A stretch of DNA of 64,000 bases from positions 1,824,001 through 1,888,000 of the forward strand of contig CBDCFN010000016.1 in the NCBI GenBank assembly GCA_965216315.1, read 5' to 3'. The notes below the pieces were generated by a model that was given only the letters and a program-made list of their open reading frames with translations, did not search any database and was not told where the DNA came from. The number at the start of each line of letters is the position of its first letter. Within the stretch, counting starts at the first letter, position 1. Position numbers and translations under genes: made by a program. The stretch comes from a bacterium (lineage in GTDB: Bacteria > UBA10199 > 2-02-FULL-50-16 > JAJFLM01). Positions 1 through 10,251 of this stretch are shown here, one piece after another.

Positions 1-116
1 TTGCCCCGCTTGACGACATCACCACAATAAGGAGTTATGCGATCATCACCTTTACAAAGGACTTCACCTTGAACAGGAACACCTTTTAGTGCCGCAGCAT
101 AAGAAGATATGTTCAT
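1..116 (-). CDS. Partial hypothetical protein running off the window start
   Basis: ATG at 116, 3 nt after the stop of 120..761; open frame MNISSYAAALKGVPVQGEVLCKGDD... to the edge. Confidence 0.45.
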   Translation of the reverse strand, partial: MNISSYAAALKGVPVQGEVLCKGDDRITPYCGDVVKRG

Positions 117-119
117 TGG

Positions 120-761
120 CTAGAAAAACTCAGGTTCTGCGACAGGGTCTTTAAAACCTTGATCTGACACAGGAACATTGCCATTCGCGTCTACGACATC
201 AATACGGTGGCCGGATTGCTCTTCCCAGCGCCGCAGGGCCTTTTCTAGCAGAGCATTATCCATAGACCATATTTCATTATGCTCCCCTTCAATCTTTTGC
301 TGGCTAAAAAGATTATAGGAAATGGAAAAACTCTGAAACCCGGACTCATCAGGGCCACCCCAAACGATGAAACTCGTTGGTTCCTGAATTTTGAGACGCA
401 CGGGATTGTCAGGATCGTGCGCGGTCCTTAAAAAACCAACCAGGGCTAAATTAATCCGAAGCGTCCAAAGTGGCTGCTTTAGTTTTTTCATCACCAACAT
501 TAATTCATCGAGAAAGGTCTGTTGATCCATCCCCTTCTTTTCAATGTGTTGGGTGGCATTATAGGTAATGACTTCGAGGCTATCTGGCATGACCAAACCA
601 AAGAAAGCCCGCAGAAAATAGAAGACCTGTTCAAAGAACCAGACGTTGGTTTCCTCGGACGACATATTGGTAAAATCAAGATTGGAGTGAAACCCCCAGG
701 TTCCAATAAGCTGACCTTGATCCGTCGCCTCATCCAATAAATCATCTAAGCCCTTAATCAC
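120..761 (-). CDS. Hypothetical protein (213 aa)
   Basis: Long ORF with natural composition; no motif recognised. Confidence 0.65.
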   Translation of the reverse strand: MIKGLDDLLDEATDQGQLIGTWGFHSNLDFTNMSSEETNVWFFEQVFYFLRAFFGLVMPDSLEVITYNATQHIEKKGMDQQTFLDELMLVMKKLKQPLWTLRINLALVGFLRTAHDPDNPVRLKIQEPTSFIVWGGPDESGFQSFSISYNLFSQQKIEGEHNEIWSMDNALLEKALRRWEEQSGHRIDVVDANGNVPVSDQGFKDPVAEPEFF

Positions 762-810
762 ATTTCGATAATAGACTTGGATGAAAAAAGGTGCAAGACG
801 GAAAGTTCAA

Positions 811-1218
811 TTATTCCGGTGCAATCATTCCGTCATCAACGAGCGCTTCGACGTGATTGTTTAGCAATTCGATCAGCTTCTCGTCATGCCGCCATTGTGC
901 CTCTTGCATGTCACCTGAATGCTTCATCGTGGCGATTTCTAGCTTGGTATCGAGCTTGCCTTGTTCCATCTGCTGCATACGCATTCCCATCAGGTTCATC
1001 ATATTTGTCTGCATTCTGGTCTGTTCGATTTGTCCCGCAGTGAACATCGCCATGTTGGCCTTACTCGCCTCGACCGAGGCATCGATCGCTGGATTGTAAT
1101 CAACCGGGTCGGGAGCGGCCGATGGCTCGTCTCCCCATACCTCATCCACTCCCCATCCTATCAAGGCCCCCGCGCTTCCGCCCAAGATCCCGCCAAGCAT
1201 CTTACCTAAAAAATCCAT
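811..1218 (-). CDS. Hypothetical protein, N-terminal glycine zipper plus Met/Gln-rich helical region
   Basis: GAGGAGG RBS upstream of ATG 1218; GxxxGxxxG segment LGGILGGSAGALIG. Confidence 0.7.
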   Translation of the reverse strand: MDFLGKMLGGILGGSAGALIGWGVDEVWGDEPSAAPDPVDYNPAIDASVEASKANMAMFTAGQIEQTRMQTNMMNLMGMRMQQMEQGKLDTKLEIATMKHSGDMQEAQWRHDEKLIELLNNHVEALVDDGMIAPE

Positions 1219-1328
1219 ACGCACCTCCTCATGCTACTATTATTATCGAGGGGGAGGCTTGGAGCGTTCCGAGTCGGACCTCAATCAGGCTGCTAATCGT
1301 ATTCCACAGAATACGGGCGGAATACGCC

Positions 1329-2009
1329 CTATTTTGACTTTTGGATGATCACCGGGATGATCACCGGGGGGATATCCGGGCTAATCTGGTCTCTAGCAGC
1401 TCCAGGAACCACCTCGGGACTTGTTTGCTCTTGAGGTGCTTCGATCACGCCTGGTGAGTGCTCTATCCCTGGATGGGATTGAAAGAGCTGATGGCATGAG
1501 AGCGGAAGATAGGCCAAGAAACCCTCTCCTGCCACGTCGTCACAATTTTGCCCCTCTATCGCGAAGAGACAGTCTGACAACTGAAACATATCGTAGGTGA
1601 GATCACCCGTGCCCATATGGGCCCGGACATATTCTAAATCGTGATCCGTAACACCGAGCGCTCCCAGAAATTCACTCTGCAGGGGCTCTTTATTAAGCGC
1701 ATCGCGACAATCCTCGCGGCTTATCTCTGGTTGACAGCGAGCTGCCGTCTCACAGACCTTATCGATGACATCATCGATCCCTGACTGACGCGTCGGAGGC
1801 TGCTCCGTCTCACCGTCCATTGTAGTTGGTGGTGGCTCTTCAAACTGTGGATTTCCGGTCTCAGTACCCAGCTCAAGCTCTTCACTGGGGGAAAGGATGT
1901 CGGGGGCAGATCCCGCCCCCAGGCTTTGATGGGCCTGGTTACAGCCCCAGAGGGCGGAAACCAGGCCCAATAAAATGATCAGAACGGCTCTTGCCTTACA
2001 CATACGCAC
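1329..2009 (-). CDS. Putative Cys-rich lipoprotein
   Basis: Signal peptide with lipobox-like LWGC; CxxxxxC...C...CxxxxxxxxC region; start may be 2003. Confidence 0.65.
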   Translation of the reverse strand: MRMCKARAVLIILLGLVSALWGCNQAHQSLGAGSAPDILSPSEELELGTETGNPQFEEPPPTTMDGETEQPPTRQSGIDDVIDKVCETAARCQPEISREDCRDALNKEPLQSEFLGALGVTDHDLEYVRAHMGTGDLTYDMFQLSDCLFAIEGQNCDDVAGEGFLAYLPLSCHQLFQSHPGIEHSPGVIEAPQEQTSPEVVPGAARDQISPDIPPVIIPVIIQKSK

Positions 2010-2061
2010 CAGAATAACATTATCGGCACGCTTCTTCCATTGAGTTGCCTATTCTCTGTCT

Positions 2062-2895
2062 TTATTCACGACCGCAATCGCCGGTATCATATTCGTCGCG
2101 ATCGACGCGAACTTCTTGGCCGCCATTGATCAGCTCCAAGGTTACGTTTTGGCTGTCGCCCGGGGCATGGGGAAAATACGCACAAAGGGTGTCACCACTC
2201 TGGCGGTAAATGCCATAATAGTCACGATTCGTGTTGTCGCGAATCTGAGTGCTCCAAAAAGCAAACCCAAACTGCGGTTGACCGAAATTAGGACTATTAA
2301 CCTGATCATTGACAGGGGCAAAGTCAAAGATGGGGTCCTCCCAATAATCACCATTGGGAATCACGTTGATGGTCGGACAATCGTAACGGGCAATCTCCGC
2401 ATCAAGGTCATATTGATGGTCGACGGCACCGCAGCTGACGAGTTCATTGCCATTATCATCTTCAAAAACAAAACGCGCTAACATTCCAAGCTGAACCTCG
2501 GCTTCAACGCTCGTTCGATCAAAGCTAATATTCGGAAGCACTAAGTGTATCTGATCATCCACTAATTCATAGGTTCCGACATCAGTGTTATTGACCTCAA
2601 CACCACCATTGCCGTTAAAATAAATTTCGCTGATGCCACCGGCCGCATCAATGCAACGATAGGTCACGTTATCCGAATCAGCTAACGTCCCCTCAAAATC
2701 ACCGCAAAGGGCGGATGGCTCATTGGCGGGTGGAACGTCGCCGCCATTATTGGCAGCATTATTTGCAGTATTGTTGTTGTTCCCAGCATTCGTATTGTTG
2801 TTTGAGCCGGTTTCGCCATTACAGGCAACCACACTCACGGTAAGTAAGATCATGGCTAAGTGGCCGAAGAAATTGATTGATTTGGTTTGTTTCAT
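2062..2895 (-). CDS. Putative lipoprotein
   Basis: GAGG RBS, lipobox-like VVAC, Asn-rich linker, several Cys. Confidence 0.7.
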   Translation of the reverse strand: MKQTKSINFFGHLAMILLTVSVVACNGETGSNNNTNAGNNNNTANNAANNGGDVPPANEPSALCGDFEGTLADSDNVTYRCIDAAGGISEIYFNGNGGVEVNNTDVGTYELVDDQIHLVLPNISFDRTSVEAEVQLGMLARFVFEDDNGNELVSCGAVDHQYDLDAEIARYDCPTINVIPNGDYWEDPIFDFAPVNDQVNSPNFGQPQFGFAFWSTQIRDNTNRDYYGIYRQSGDTLCAYFPHAPGDSQNVTLELINGGQEVRVDRDEYDTGDCGRE

Positions 2896-2962
2896 CTCAC
2901 ACCTCACAGTATTAAGGACAATTTTTAAATAGTGGATAGCTACGCTCTCAATGGTTGTTGTT

Positions 2963-2978
2963 TACAAGATTCATGCCA
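2963..2978 (-). promoter_or_regulatory. Sigma54-like promoter
   Basis: TGGCAT-N5-TTGTA (one mismatch to TTGC) upstream of the lipoprotein gene. Confidence 0.45.
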
Positions 2979-3112
2979 CGCTTAGAAAAAACCCCTAACT
3001 AGCTGATATAGCTAAGAAATAGTACTTTCAGGACTGGAGGTATGAAAGGTAATTACATGAATACAATGCAATAAATATATACTGCATCGCATTCTGATAA
3101 TCTGATTAATAT

Positions 3113-4603
3113 TTAGTATAAGAAGGAACGCACCGAATCACGGATCAAGAGCAGTATCTTGGACGGAAACAGGCCCCAATAGGCTGTCAGCAGCAAACAA
3201 ACAAATATCCCTGTTAAGAGGGAATAACCGCTTTGAAGCATCCTCTTTTCCGAAGCGGGTTTAAAAAAGAGAATTTGGATGATGCTAAGCGCTCCAAATA
3301 AGGAAAGCGCCCAGCCAATCAGGGCCAGTGAACCATAAATGATCAGGCCACCATCAAAGACGACCCGCAAAATAGAAAAAACACCAATAAAACCAGCTGT
3401 CATCGGAACCCCGGCGAGACCCAAGACAAATAAAGCCATCGAACAGGCGAGCCAAGGATGAATCCGCGCAAGCCCACTAAACTCCGTCAGCTCCAACGGC
3501 TCATCACCACGCCGGGCCGCAGCCATGATGACGGCAACCAAACCCATTATAAGTATCATATAAACGAGCACGTAATAGGAAAAAGCCACAAAGGCCTCTT
3601 CTTGGAGGCGTCCACTGCGACCCGCAACGGCGAGCGCCAGCAAAAGAAAACCAACATGCCCAATCGCCGCATAAGCCATCCTCCGCTTAAAGTGACTTTG
3701 CTGCAGTGCCTGCAATGGCCCGATAATGACCGCAGCACTGCCGGCAATACCCAATAAATGAGTCCATCCTAGGATAGTAGGACTCCATCCGGCGATAACA
3801 AGGCGCGACAAAACAGTAACGCCCACTAACTTACTGATGACGGCCATAAACCCGACAGAGACCGTATCTCCACCTTCATAGACATCCGGTTCGCTAAAAT
3901 AAAACGGAACCCACCCCATCTTAATGGCCACACCACCAAGAAACAGCAGTCGTCCCAGCTCCTGAATGTCATCCAATGACTGCGTTCGACCGACAGCAAA
4001 AACTTCAGCCAATTCCGTTTTGCCCAACGCTCCATAAATAAAAACAAGACCGACAAAGAGACAAAGAGACCCCAACCCCGTCGTCAAATAATATTTCGTC
4101 ATCACTTCATGACGATGGCGGGCAAATACTCCATTACCTAACCAGACAACCAAGGGCAAAATCGTTAATTCATAACCTATATAGATCCCAAGCAAATCAT
4201 GGCTATGAATCACCGCAACAGCACCCAACGCACTTAAAAGCGGTAATGAAAAAATTTCGTTTGCCTGGGATCGATCTCTACCATGAGTTTGGCAAAGCAC
4301 TAAAAGAAGCATGACTATCACGATAAGGCTGAAAAAGAGGGAGAAACGATCAATACTGAATATTCCCCATACTGAAGATCCGCCCCGCAGCCACTGCCAC
4401 GCCGTAAAAAACAATACCAATACCGATGCACTCAGGCTGAGATAAAAGCGAAACCGTGCACCCTTGCGGCTGGAAAATGACTCCCACATCGAAAGAAAAA
4501 CTGACGTCACCAGCCACGCACCACAACTTAACCACACGAAGGGAATCGAGATGCTGCGCATGGCCTGCCAATACGGCTCAATTATTTCGAGCGGCAAAAT
4601 CAT
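3113..4603 (-). CDS. nuoN: Divergent NuoN-like subunit (second copy)
   Basis: Multi-TM; KMGWVPFYFSEPDVYEG, KRRMAYAAIGH, LAGVPMTAGF; GGAGG RBS before ATG 4603. Confidence 0.8.
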   Translation of the reverse strand: MILPLEIIEPYWQAMRSISIPFVWLSCGAWLVTSVFLSMWESFSSRKGARFRFYLSLSASVLVLFFTAWQWLRGGSSVWGIFSIDRFSLFFSLIVIVMLLLVLCQTHGRDRSQANEIFSLPLLSALGAVAVIHSHDLLGIYIGYELTILPLVVWLGNGVFARHRHEVMTKYYLTTGLGSLCLFVGLVFIYGALGKTELAEVFAVGRTQSLDDIQELGRLLFLGGVAIKMGWVPFYFSEPDVYEGGDTVSVGFMAVISKLVGVTVLSRLVIAGWSPTILGWTHLLGIAGSAAVIIGPLQALQQSHFKRRMAYAAIGHVGFLLLALAVAGRSGRLQEEAFVAFSYYVLVYMILIMGLVAVIMAAARRGDEPLELTEFSGLARIHPWLACSMALFVLGLAGVPMTAGFIGVFSILRVVFDGGLIIYGSLALIGWALSLFGALSIIQILFFKPASEKRMLQSGYSLLTGIFVCLLLTAYWGLFPSKILLLIRDSVRSFLY

Positions 4604-6050
4604 ACCCTCCTTCAACCAGAATCTCAGGCTTTACTTTTGAGAGCCACAAAGTCGCTGCACGGCGCGTCTTATCCAAGAGAAGATGAGGTTGCAGTCCTGT
4701 CACAACCATCATCATCACAATGATAAGGGCTGCCGCCCAGTAGCGTAAAGAACGCCGCCAATACAGGGTTTGAGTACGCAAATCCTGACAACAAATCGCA
4801 ACAGCGCAAGCAACTATAATAAATCCAATTATGGTGATAATTGCCGCACTAAGATGCCAGGCGACAGCAGCCGACAAGAGCAAAATAATTCCCACAAAGA
4901 GGCCTGTTCCTGGCAAACCAAGAGCACTGGCCATGGCTATTGAAAGAAATGCTTTTCCTAGCGGCTGCACCTCTTTCAGTGGATCAGATGACTCGGTAGG
5001 AACTTGTTGCACATACATTACTAACGAAAAAATTATGACGATCAAGCTATGGCCGGTCAGAATCATGAACACACTCTGCGCAGCATCGACCGTCAAGAGG
5101 GAAACGCCCATCCAAAGCAGCCCCACATGCGCCACACTCAACCATACCAGACGCGCTGGCAATTTACTGGGAGCCAGACATAAGGCCGCTCCCCCTATTA
5201 CGGAGATTAATCCAATAATACTAAACAGAGGAGCATAAGTTTCCACAGCGACTGGGAATAACGGATAGGCAAAGCGGAACACAAAATAAAGACTTGCCTT
5301 GATTACCAGTGCCAACATGAGCAGGTAGGTGGCAGGCGTTGCTCCATGAAGCACGCGCCCAATCCACATCTGAAGTGGCATGGCGCCGGACTTAAGTAAA
5401 AGGCCTAATAAGAGTATCACCCCATATTTTTTTTGAACGTCCGGCGTCGCAACCCTTTCGATGAGGCTTGCCAAATCAGTAACATCACCTGCGGCGCGCG
5501 CTACGACAAATAAACCTAGCCACAGCGCCAAGCTTCCCACCAGGTTAATGGCCAAAAACCAAGCAGCACCTTCCGATTGCCGGCTTTCTCGACGAATAAA
5601 TATAAAGGTTAGTAATGTGGCGATCTCATAGGCTATTAAACAAAGCAACATATCAAGCGCCATAAAATAGAGGGCCCACACCGAGGCCATCAATAAACAC
5701 AGCGCCCCCGTAACACGGCTATCACCCTCTTTTCTCGACAAAAATGGGAGAAAAGGTGTTACGAGAAAGACCAGACCGACAAATAAAATGGAAATACCAT
5801 CCAGCCCGACCCAATAATGTATTCCTAACTCAGGTATCCACGCGGCAAACTCTGAAAATTCAAAGCCTATCGCACCGCGAAATTCCCGAAACAATCCGAG
5901 CCACCCGACAAATACCAGTAAAGATACAAGGAGACCCCAATTCCTAATCCAGGCCTTGCGGTGCTGAGCAAACAAGAAAAAACTACCGGCACCTAAGGCG
6001 GGAACAATGAGCAGGATACTTGAAATATGTCCTAACAAAATATCTTTCAT
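4578..6050 (-). CDS. nuoM: Divergent NuoM-like subunit (second copy)
   Basis: WIPELGIHYWVGLDGIS, LGLPGTG; ATG 6050 overlaps the upstream stop as ATGA. Confidence 0.8.
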   Translation of the reverse strand: MKDILLGHISSILLIVPALGAGSFFLFAQHRKAWIRNWGLLVSLLVFVGWLGLFREFRGAIGFEFSEFAAWIPELGIHYWVGLDGISILFVGLVFLVTPFLPFLSRKEGDSRVTGALCLLMASVWALYFMALDMLLCLIAYEIATLLTFIFIRRESRQSEGAAWFLAINLVGSLALWLGLFVVARAAGDVTDLASLIERVATPDVQKKYGVILLLGLLLKSGAMPLQMWIGRVLHGATPATYLLMLALVIKASLYFVFRFAYPLFPVAVETYAPLFSIIGLISVIGGAALCLAPSKLPARLVWLSVAHVGLLWMGVSLLTVDAAQSVFMILTGHSLIVIIFSLVMYVQQVPTESSDPLKEVQPLGKAFLSIAMASALGLPGTGLFVGIILLLSAAVAWHLSAAIITIIGFIIVACAVAICCQDLRTQTLYWRRSLRYWAAALIIVMMMVVTGLQPHLLLDKTRRAATLWLSKVKPEILVEGGYDFAARNN

Positions 6051-7888
6051 ATAATAATCCAAGCCATAATCATCGCTAGACCAAGAACCATCCAGAAAAG
6101 CGCATGTTGCACGAGGCCGGTCTGCAACTGAAGTAACGCACGTCCACTTAATCGCAGCCCCGATGCAATTCCTTCCGTCAAGAGTCCCCACTGAACCTTC
6201 TCGATGATAAATTTCTCTAGTACCTCTCGAGAAACAAACTGAATCGGCCGGACAATACAACATTCAACCAGCCCTTCCGCTATTAAACCATCGGTAGACC
6301 ATTGCCTCAGTTTCTTAAAGCGGGTTTTTGGATGATCATCCTGTTTGCGCGATATGATAAAAGTGGCTCCTGCCGCAACCATTAGACTCAATAAGGTTGC
6401 AAGCCCTAATACCAAATGAGCGGTAAATCCATAAACCTCTGATCGGATTGGCAAATGATCTTCAAAAACGGGAAACCAGAAACGATGGAGACTGCCAGGA
6501 CCATAAAAAACCTCCGGTATTGCAGGCCATGTCGCGAGAGCAAGTGGCAGACTGAAACCAACTAAAATTATCAGCCAGCGTAAGCGGCCTAACTTGTCAG
6601 AGCCTGACTCAACAGCACCAGCGGATCTCCAGAAAATCTGCACTACAAGACGACTCGCCGCAATTGCCGTCATAAGGCTCGCGCCTGTTAACAGCACCCA
6701 TGTGAAATAGCGCTGTTGGTTAAAAGCGTGCCAAATAATTTCATAACGCGTAAAAAATCCTGGGAAAGGAGCCAGGCCTATTAATGAAACCACCGCAATA
6801 ATCGCTAGTATGCGGACATGGCGAGACAAAGCCACGCACAACAAAGCGATTGCCCCAATAGAAACAGTCCAATGCGATAGCCCTTCAGGCACACCGCCGG
6901 TTCCAAAGGCCGCAATAGCAATGGCGACTTGACTCCAAGCCAACAATGACACGGTCCGATGCGAACCTGTTTGAAAGCACGCAAACAAAGCCGCCATAAA
7001 GGCGCTCACGGCTCCAACAATTTCAAGACCCAGCAAAGCCCAAGAATTCATGAGGGTAAGCGAATGAATGCGAGCCACATAATAGAGCCCAAGCAAGCCA
7101 AATCCAGCGCACAAAACCCAGGTCAGCACGGTCAATGAAGTCGTATCCAGGCGTCTCAACCAAAATGCAAACGGCCAGGCAAGCGTGATCAATAAAGGCG
7201 GAATCAACAGATACCAGAGCAACGACCGGCTAATAGCTCCGGCCTGATCAGCGAGCGATGCAAAACTAAGCACAATTTTTGCGTCTGCTGACGCCTCAAT
7301 TGATAACAAAGGAAGGAGCCCAACCATGGCAATAATCAAGGCGCCACTACACAGCTGTGTCAGCCATAACAACTTGTTATCACGGAAATGCCAACACAGT
7401 AAGAATGCGATTCCTTCCCACCCGAATATAAATATCGGCAGGCTTTCCGCCCACAATGCCGTGAGAAGAAAGAAGAGTCCCGCATTAAGCAGCGATGTAT
7501 CACGTGCCATTCGTTCCGGCTTATCAAGAAGCCAGAGATTCATAAAAATTGTCAGAAATGCGGCTATGACACTAAAAATAAGCGTCATTGGATCAATCCA
7601 GAAAGTGAGATCAAATTCGCCTAGCTCAGTATGAAACCAATCCGTATACGGCCCAATGACCAGGCCATCAGGGGCTCCGTCCGTCATGAATACAATGAGA
7701 CCAATCAGGAGAATAGAGATCAAAGGCGCCCCTATAGCCGAGCTAACGACAACAGGGATCGCACGTCCTTTGGCAGTGCCATCCGAAGCAAGCGCAATAA
7801 CCGCATTGATAGCAGCGCTTATAAGAGGTGCTAGCAAAACGATCAAGGTGAGATCGTTAATGGAGAAGCCAAAAAGAAGTGTCGACAT
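6047..7888 (-). CDS. nuoL: Divergent NuoL-like subunit (second copy)
   Basis: FWIDPMT, FGWEGI, PFPGFFTRYEI, C-terminal LQTGLVQH. Confidence 0.8.
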   Translation of the reverse strand: MSTLLFGFSINDLTLIVLLAPLISAAINAVIALASDGTAKGRAIPVVVSSAIGAPLISILLIGLIVFMTDGAPDGLVIGPYTDWFHTELGEFDLTFWIDPMTLIFSVIAAFLTIFMNLWLLDKPERMARDTSLLNAGLFFLLTALWAESLPIFIFGWEGIAFLLCWHFRDNKLLWLTQLCSGALIIAMVGLLPLLSIEASADAKIVLSFASLADQAGAISRSLLWYLLIPPLLITLAWPFAFWLRRLDTTSLTVLTWVLCAGFGLLGLYYVARIHSLTLMNSWALLGLEIVGAVSAFMAALFACFQTGSHRTVSLLAWSQVAIAIAAFGTGGVPEGLSHWTVSIGAIALLCVALSRHVRILAIIAVVSLIGLAPFPGFFTRYEIIWHAFNQQRYFTWVLLTGASLMTAIAASRLVVQIFWRSAGAVESGSDKLGRLRWLIILVGFSLPLALATWPAIPEVFYGPGSLHRFWFPVFEDHLPIRSEVYGFTAHLVLGLATLLSLMVAAGATFIISRKQDDHPKTRFKKLRQWSTDGLIAEGLVECCIVRPIQFVSREVLEKFIIEKVQWGLLTEGIASGLRLSGRALLQLQTGLVQHALFWMVLGLAMIMAWIII

Positions 7889-7896
7889 AGAGTATT

Positions 7897-8202
7897 TTAG
7901 TTCTTCAAAAAGTTCTGTTTGCTTACATCCACAGAACTTTGGTCCTTAGCAATACGAACAACAAGGCCCAAACCGATAAGGAACTGAGCCGTCATCGCAA
8001 CAAGCAAAACGATCAATCCGAGAGACCCAAGAGCATCTCCATGAAAGCGCCAACCAGCCACCCACCCTAAAGCCGTTCCCTGAAACATTAATAGTATCGC
8101 AAATACGAGGGTTAACAGGTTGCGACGTCCCAGCAGAACCATGAGACCAATACCAAAAAGTATCCAACTCAAAAGAAGACAAGCACCAAAACTCAGGCTC
8201 AT
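7897..8202 (-). CDS. nuoK: Divergent NuoK-like subunit (second copy)
   Basis: 101 aa, 3 TM, GIGL...RRN motif, position in the J-K-L-M-N order. Confidence 0.75.
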   Translation of the reverse strand: MSLSFGACLLLSWILFGIGLMVLLGRRNLLTLVFAILLMFQGTALGWVAGWRFHGDALGSLGLIVLLVAMTAQFLIGLGLVVRIAKDQSSVDVSKQNFLKN

Positions 8203-8687
8203 GTATCCTCCCTACTGCCGCGAAGTAGAAATCGCATGGAAATAAAAACCGTAAATAATAAAAGTCCTGCAAGACTCAGCAAAGTGATTCCGTTGGAACC
8301 GAGATTTAGAAAAAAAAGCTTGGGAGATACGCCGAACGCCGTTTTATCTGGCAGCAGGCTACTCATATGCAACAAGACAAGCCCCCCGAACAGCACGGAC
8401 AATAACAAACCTGTCAGTTGCGCAAAAGAAAGGCTCCGTTTGGTATAAAGTCTCTCAGGCCCGACCGCGCGAATAAATTGCACCGCTCCTGCCAAGAGAA
8501 GCATCATTATAATGAATTGAATCATGGCGAGTATGGGTGCCTGGAGGGCAACCAAAAGGATAATCATACCCAGCACATTGAGGAAAACTGCCAGTACGAT
8601 CTTGAGGGGGCTTCTCAAGACAAGTATGGCTACAGATGAACTTATGGCTGTAACAGCCCCAAGATTAAAGAGAATCCCCTCCCCCAT
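8199..8687 (-). CDS. nuoJ: Divergent NuoJ-like subunit (second copy)
   Basis: Five hydrophobic segments, LQAPILAMIQ resembling NuoJ LxAxFxAxxQ, gene order. Confidence 0.7.
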   Translation of the reverse strand: MGEGILFNLGAVTAISSSVAILVLRSPLKIVLAVFLNVLGMIILLVALQAPILAMIQFIIMMLLLAGAVQFIRAVGPERLYTKRSLSFAQLTGLLLSVLFGGLVLLHMSSLLPDKTAFGVSPKLFFLNLGSNGITLLSLAGLLLFTVFISMRFLLRGSREDT

Positions 8688-8749
8688 AGTTCCTTATAAA
8701 GGTGAAGCGCCTATGGATCAAGCTAAAGCTTGCTACGAAGGATCACGAC

Positions 8750-10240
8750 TCAGCGCAGCATTTGCGTCGAGGCCTGGACCCACTCGGCGACTGGCTGCCA
8801 GAAAACACCCAAGTAAAGGGTCAGGATGGCCAAGGCCCCCAACAGAGTCGAATAGGAAAGGCCGGGTTGAGCCAACAAATCCTCATTTTCGGCCTTATCG
8901 AAGAACATGACCTTGACGACATACATATAGTAATAGAGGGCGATAACGCTGTTAAGCGCGCCTATCACCGCGAGGACATAAAGTTCGCTCGAAATAACCG
9001 CCTTAAAAAGATATAACTTGCCGATAAAGCCGGCAGTCGGTGGCAGCCCTGTTAGGCTGAACATGAAAAGGGTCATCGCAACGGCAACGGCCGCCCCTCT
9101 GGGCCCACGAGAGCTGAGCCCCGCATAATCAGCAATCTTCTCTACACCGAATTGATTGGATACAATGATAACGACCAAGAACGCGCCGATATTCATGACA
9201 AGATAGACAACCATATACAGCATAACGGACTCGACGGCCGCCTGATTGAGCGCCGCAAGTCCCATCAACATGTAGCCGGCATGCGCAACGCTAGAATAAG
9301 CCAACAGGCGCTTCATATTTTGTTGGCGCAAGGCAATGAGGTTACCTACGGTCATTGTAGCTATAGCTAGATAAGATAAAACGTCACTGATACCAATCGT
9401 CTTGATATCTATAAACTCGGTCCCATCCGCAAAAAAGAGGCCTATTAAGAGATAACGAATCAATACGGCAAAACCCGCCGCCTTAGGACCAACAGACAGG
9501 AAGGCCGTAAAAGGCGTTGGCGCTCCTTCGTAAACATCAGGGCTCCACATGTGAAAAGGAAACGCAGCTACTTTAAAGCCAAAACCGGCGAGCGACATAA
9601 TCAACGCTAAAAACAGTACGGCTCGATCCGTCGCGTTGAATTGCAAAAATTCAGCAATCTCATTTAATTGCAGCGTCCCCGTCAGGCCAAAAAACAGTGA
9701 AAACCCGTAGATCATGACACCGCTCGCAACACCCCCATAAATCACGTACTTGAGCGCCGCTTCCGTCGAGCGCCGCGCTGACCCAGAATACCCGGTTAAC
9801 AGGTAAGAACTAATACTGACCATTTCAAGCGCCAGATAAATCATCAAAAGATTTGACGCCATCGCTAAAAAATTCATCCCCATCGTCAAAACAAGGATCA
9901 AAATGTAATAACTGGGTGAATCGCTCTGAGCTAAATCTTTGGATCGTTGTGACAAGATAACCGTCAACACCGCCGCCACGCCGAATATATATTTAAAGAA
10001 TAAGCCCATCCCATCAAATGAAGCCATCCCCATAAATATCATTGCCGATTCTTTTGAATGCAAAGTCGCGGCCACAGCCAGGGAGATAATGATTCCAATT
10101 AAGGTCAAGGACCCGTAGATACTCGTCGACGGCTGTTTTTCAGCGCCTTTAAAGAACGTCAGAAAAAACAGTAAAACGATAGTCCCCGCGAGTACGATCT
10201 CCGGAAGGATAAACTGGATGCTTTCTAAATTCCCTAACAT
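8750..10240 (-). CDS. nuoN: NADH-quinone oxidoreductase subunit N
   Basis: EAALKY, FKVAAFPFHMWSPDVYEGAPTP, KRLLAYSSVAHAGY, GFIGK. Confidence 0.95.
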   Translation of the reverse strand: MLGNLESIQFILPEIVLAGTIVLLFFLTFFKGAEKQPSTSIYGSLTLIGIIISLAVAATLHSKESAMIFMGMASFDGMGLFFKYIFGVAAVLTVILSQRSKDLAQSDSPSYYILILVLTMGMNFLAMASNLLMIYLALEMVSISSYLLTGYSGSARRSTEAALKYVIYGGVASGVMIYGFSLFFGLTGTLQLNEIAEFLQFNATDRAVLFLALIMSLAGFGFKVAAFPFHMWSPDVYEGAPTPFTAFLSVGPKAAGFAVLIRYLLIGLFFADGTEFIDIKTIGISDVLSYLAIATMTVGNLIALRQQNMKRLLAYSSVAHAGYMLMGLAALNQAAVESVMLYMVVYLVMNIGAFLVVIIVSNQFGVEKIADYAGLSSRGPRGAAVAVAMTLFMFSLTGLPPTAGFIGKLYLFKAVISSELYVLAVIGALNSVIALYYYMYVVKVMFFDKAENEDLLAQPGLSYSTLLGALAILTLYLGVFWQPVAEWVQASTQMLR

Positions 10241-10251
10241 TAACTTCTCGC

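Noticed and set aside
6051..6263. Long N-terminal extensions in the ORF track (nuoM2; also nuoC, nuoJ, nuoA, atpB, mcm)
   Set aside because: They overlap upstream genes or precede better RBS-supported starts
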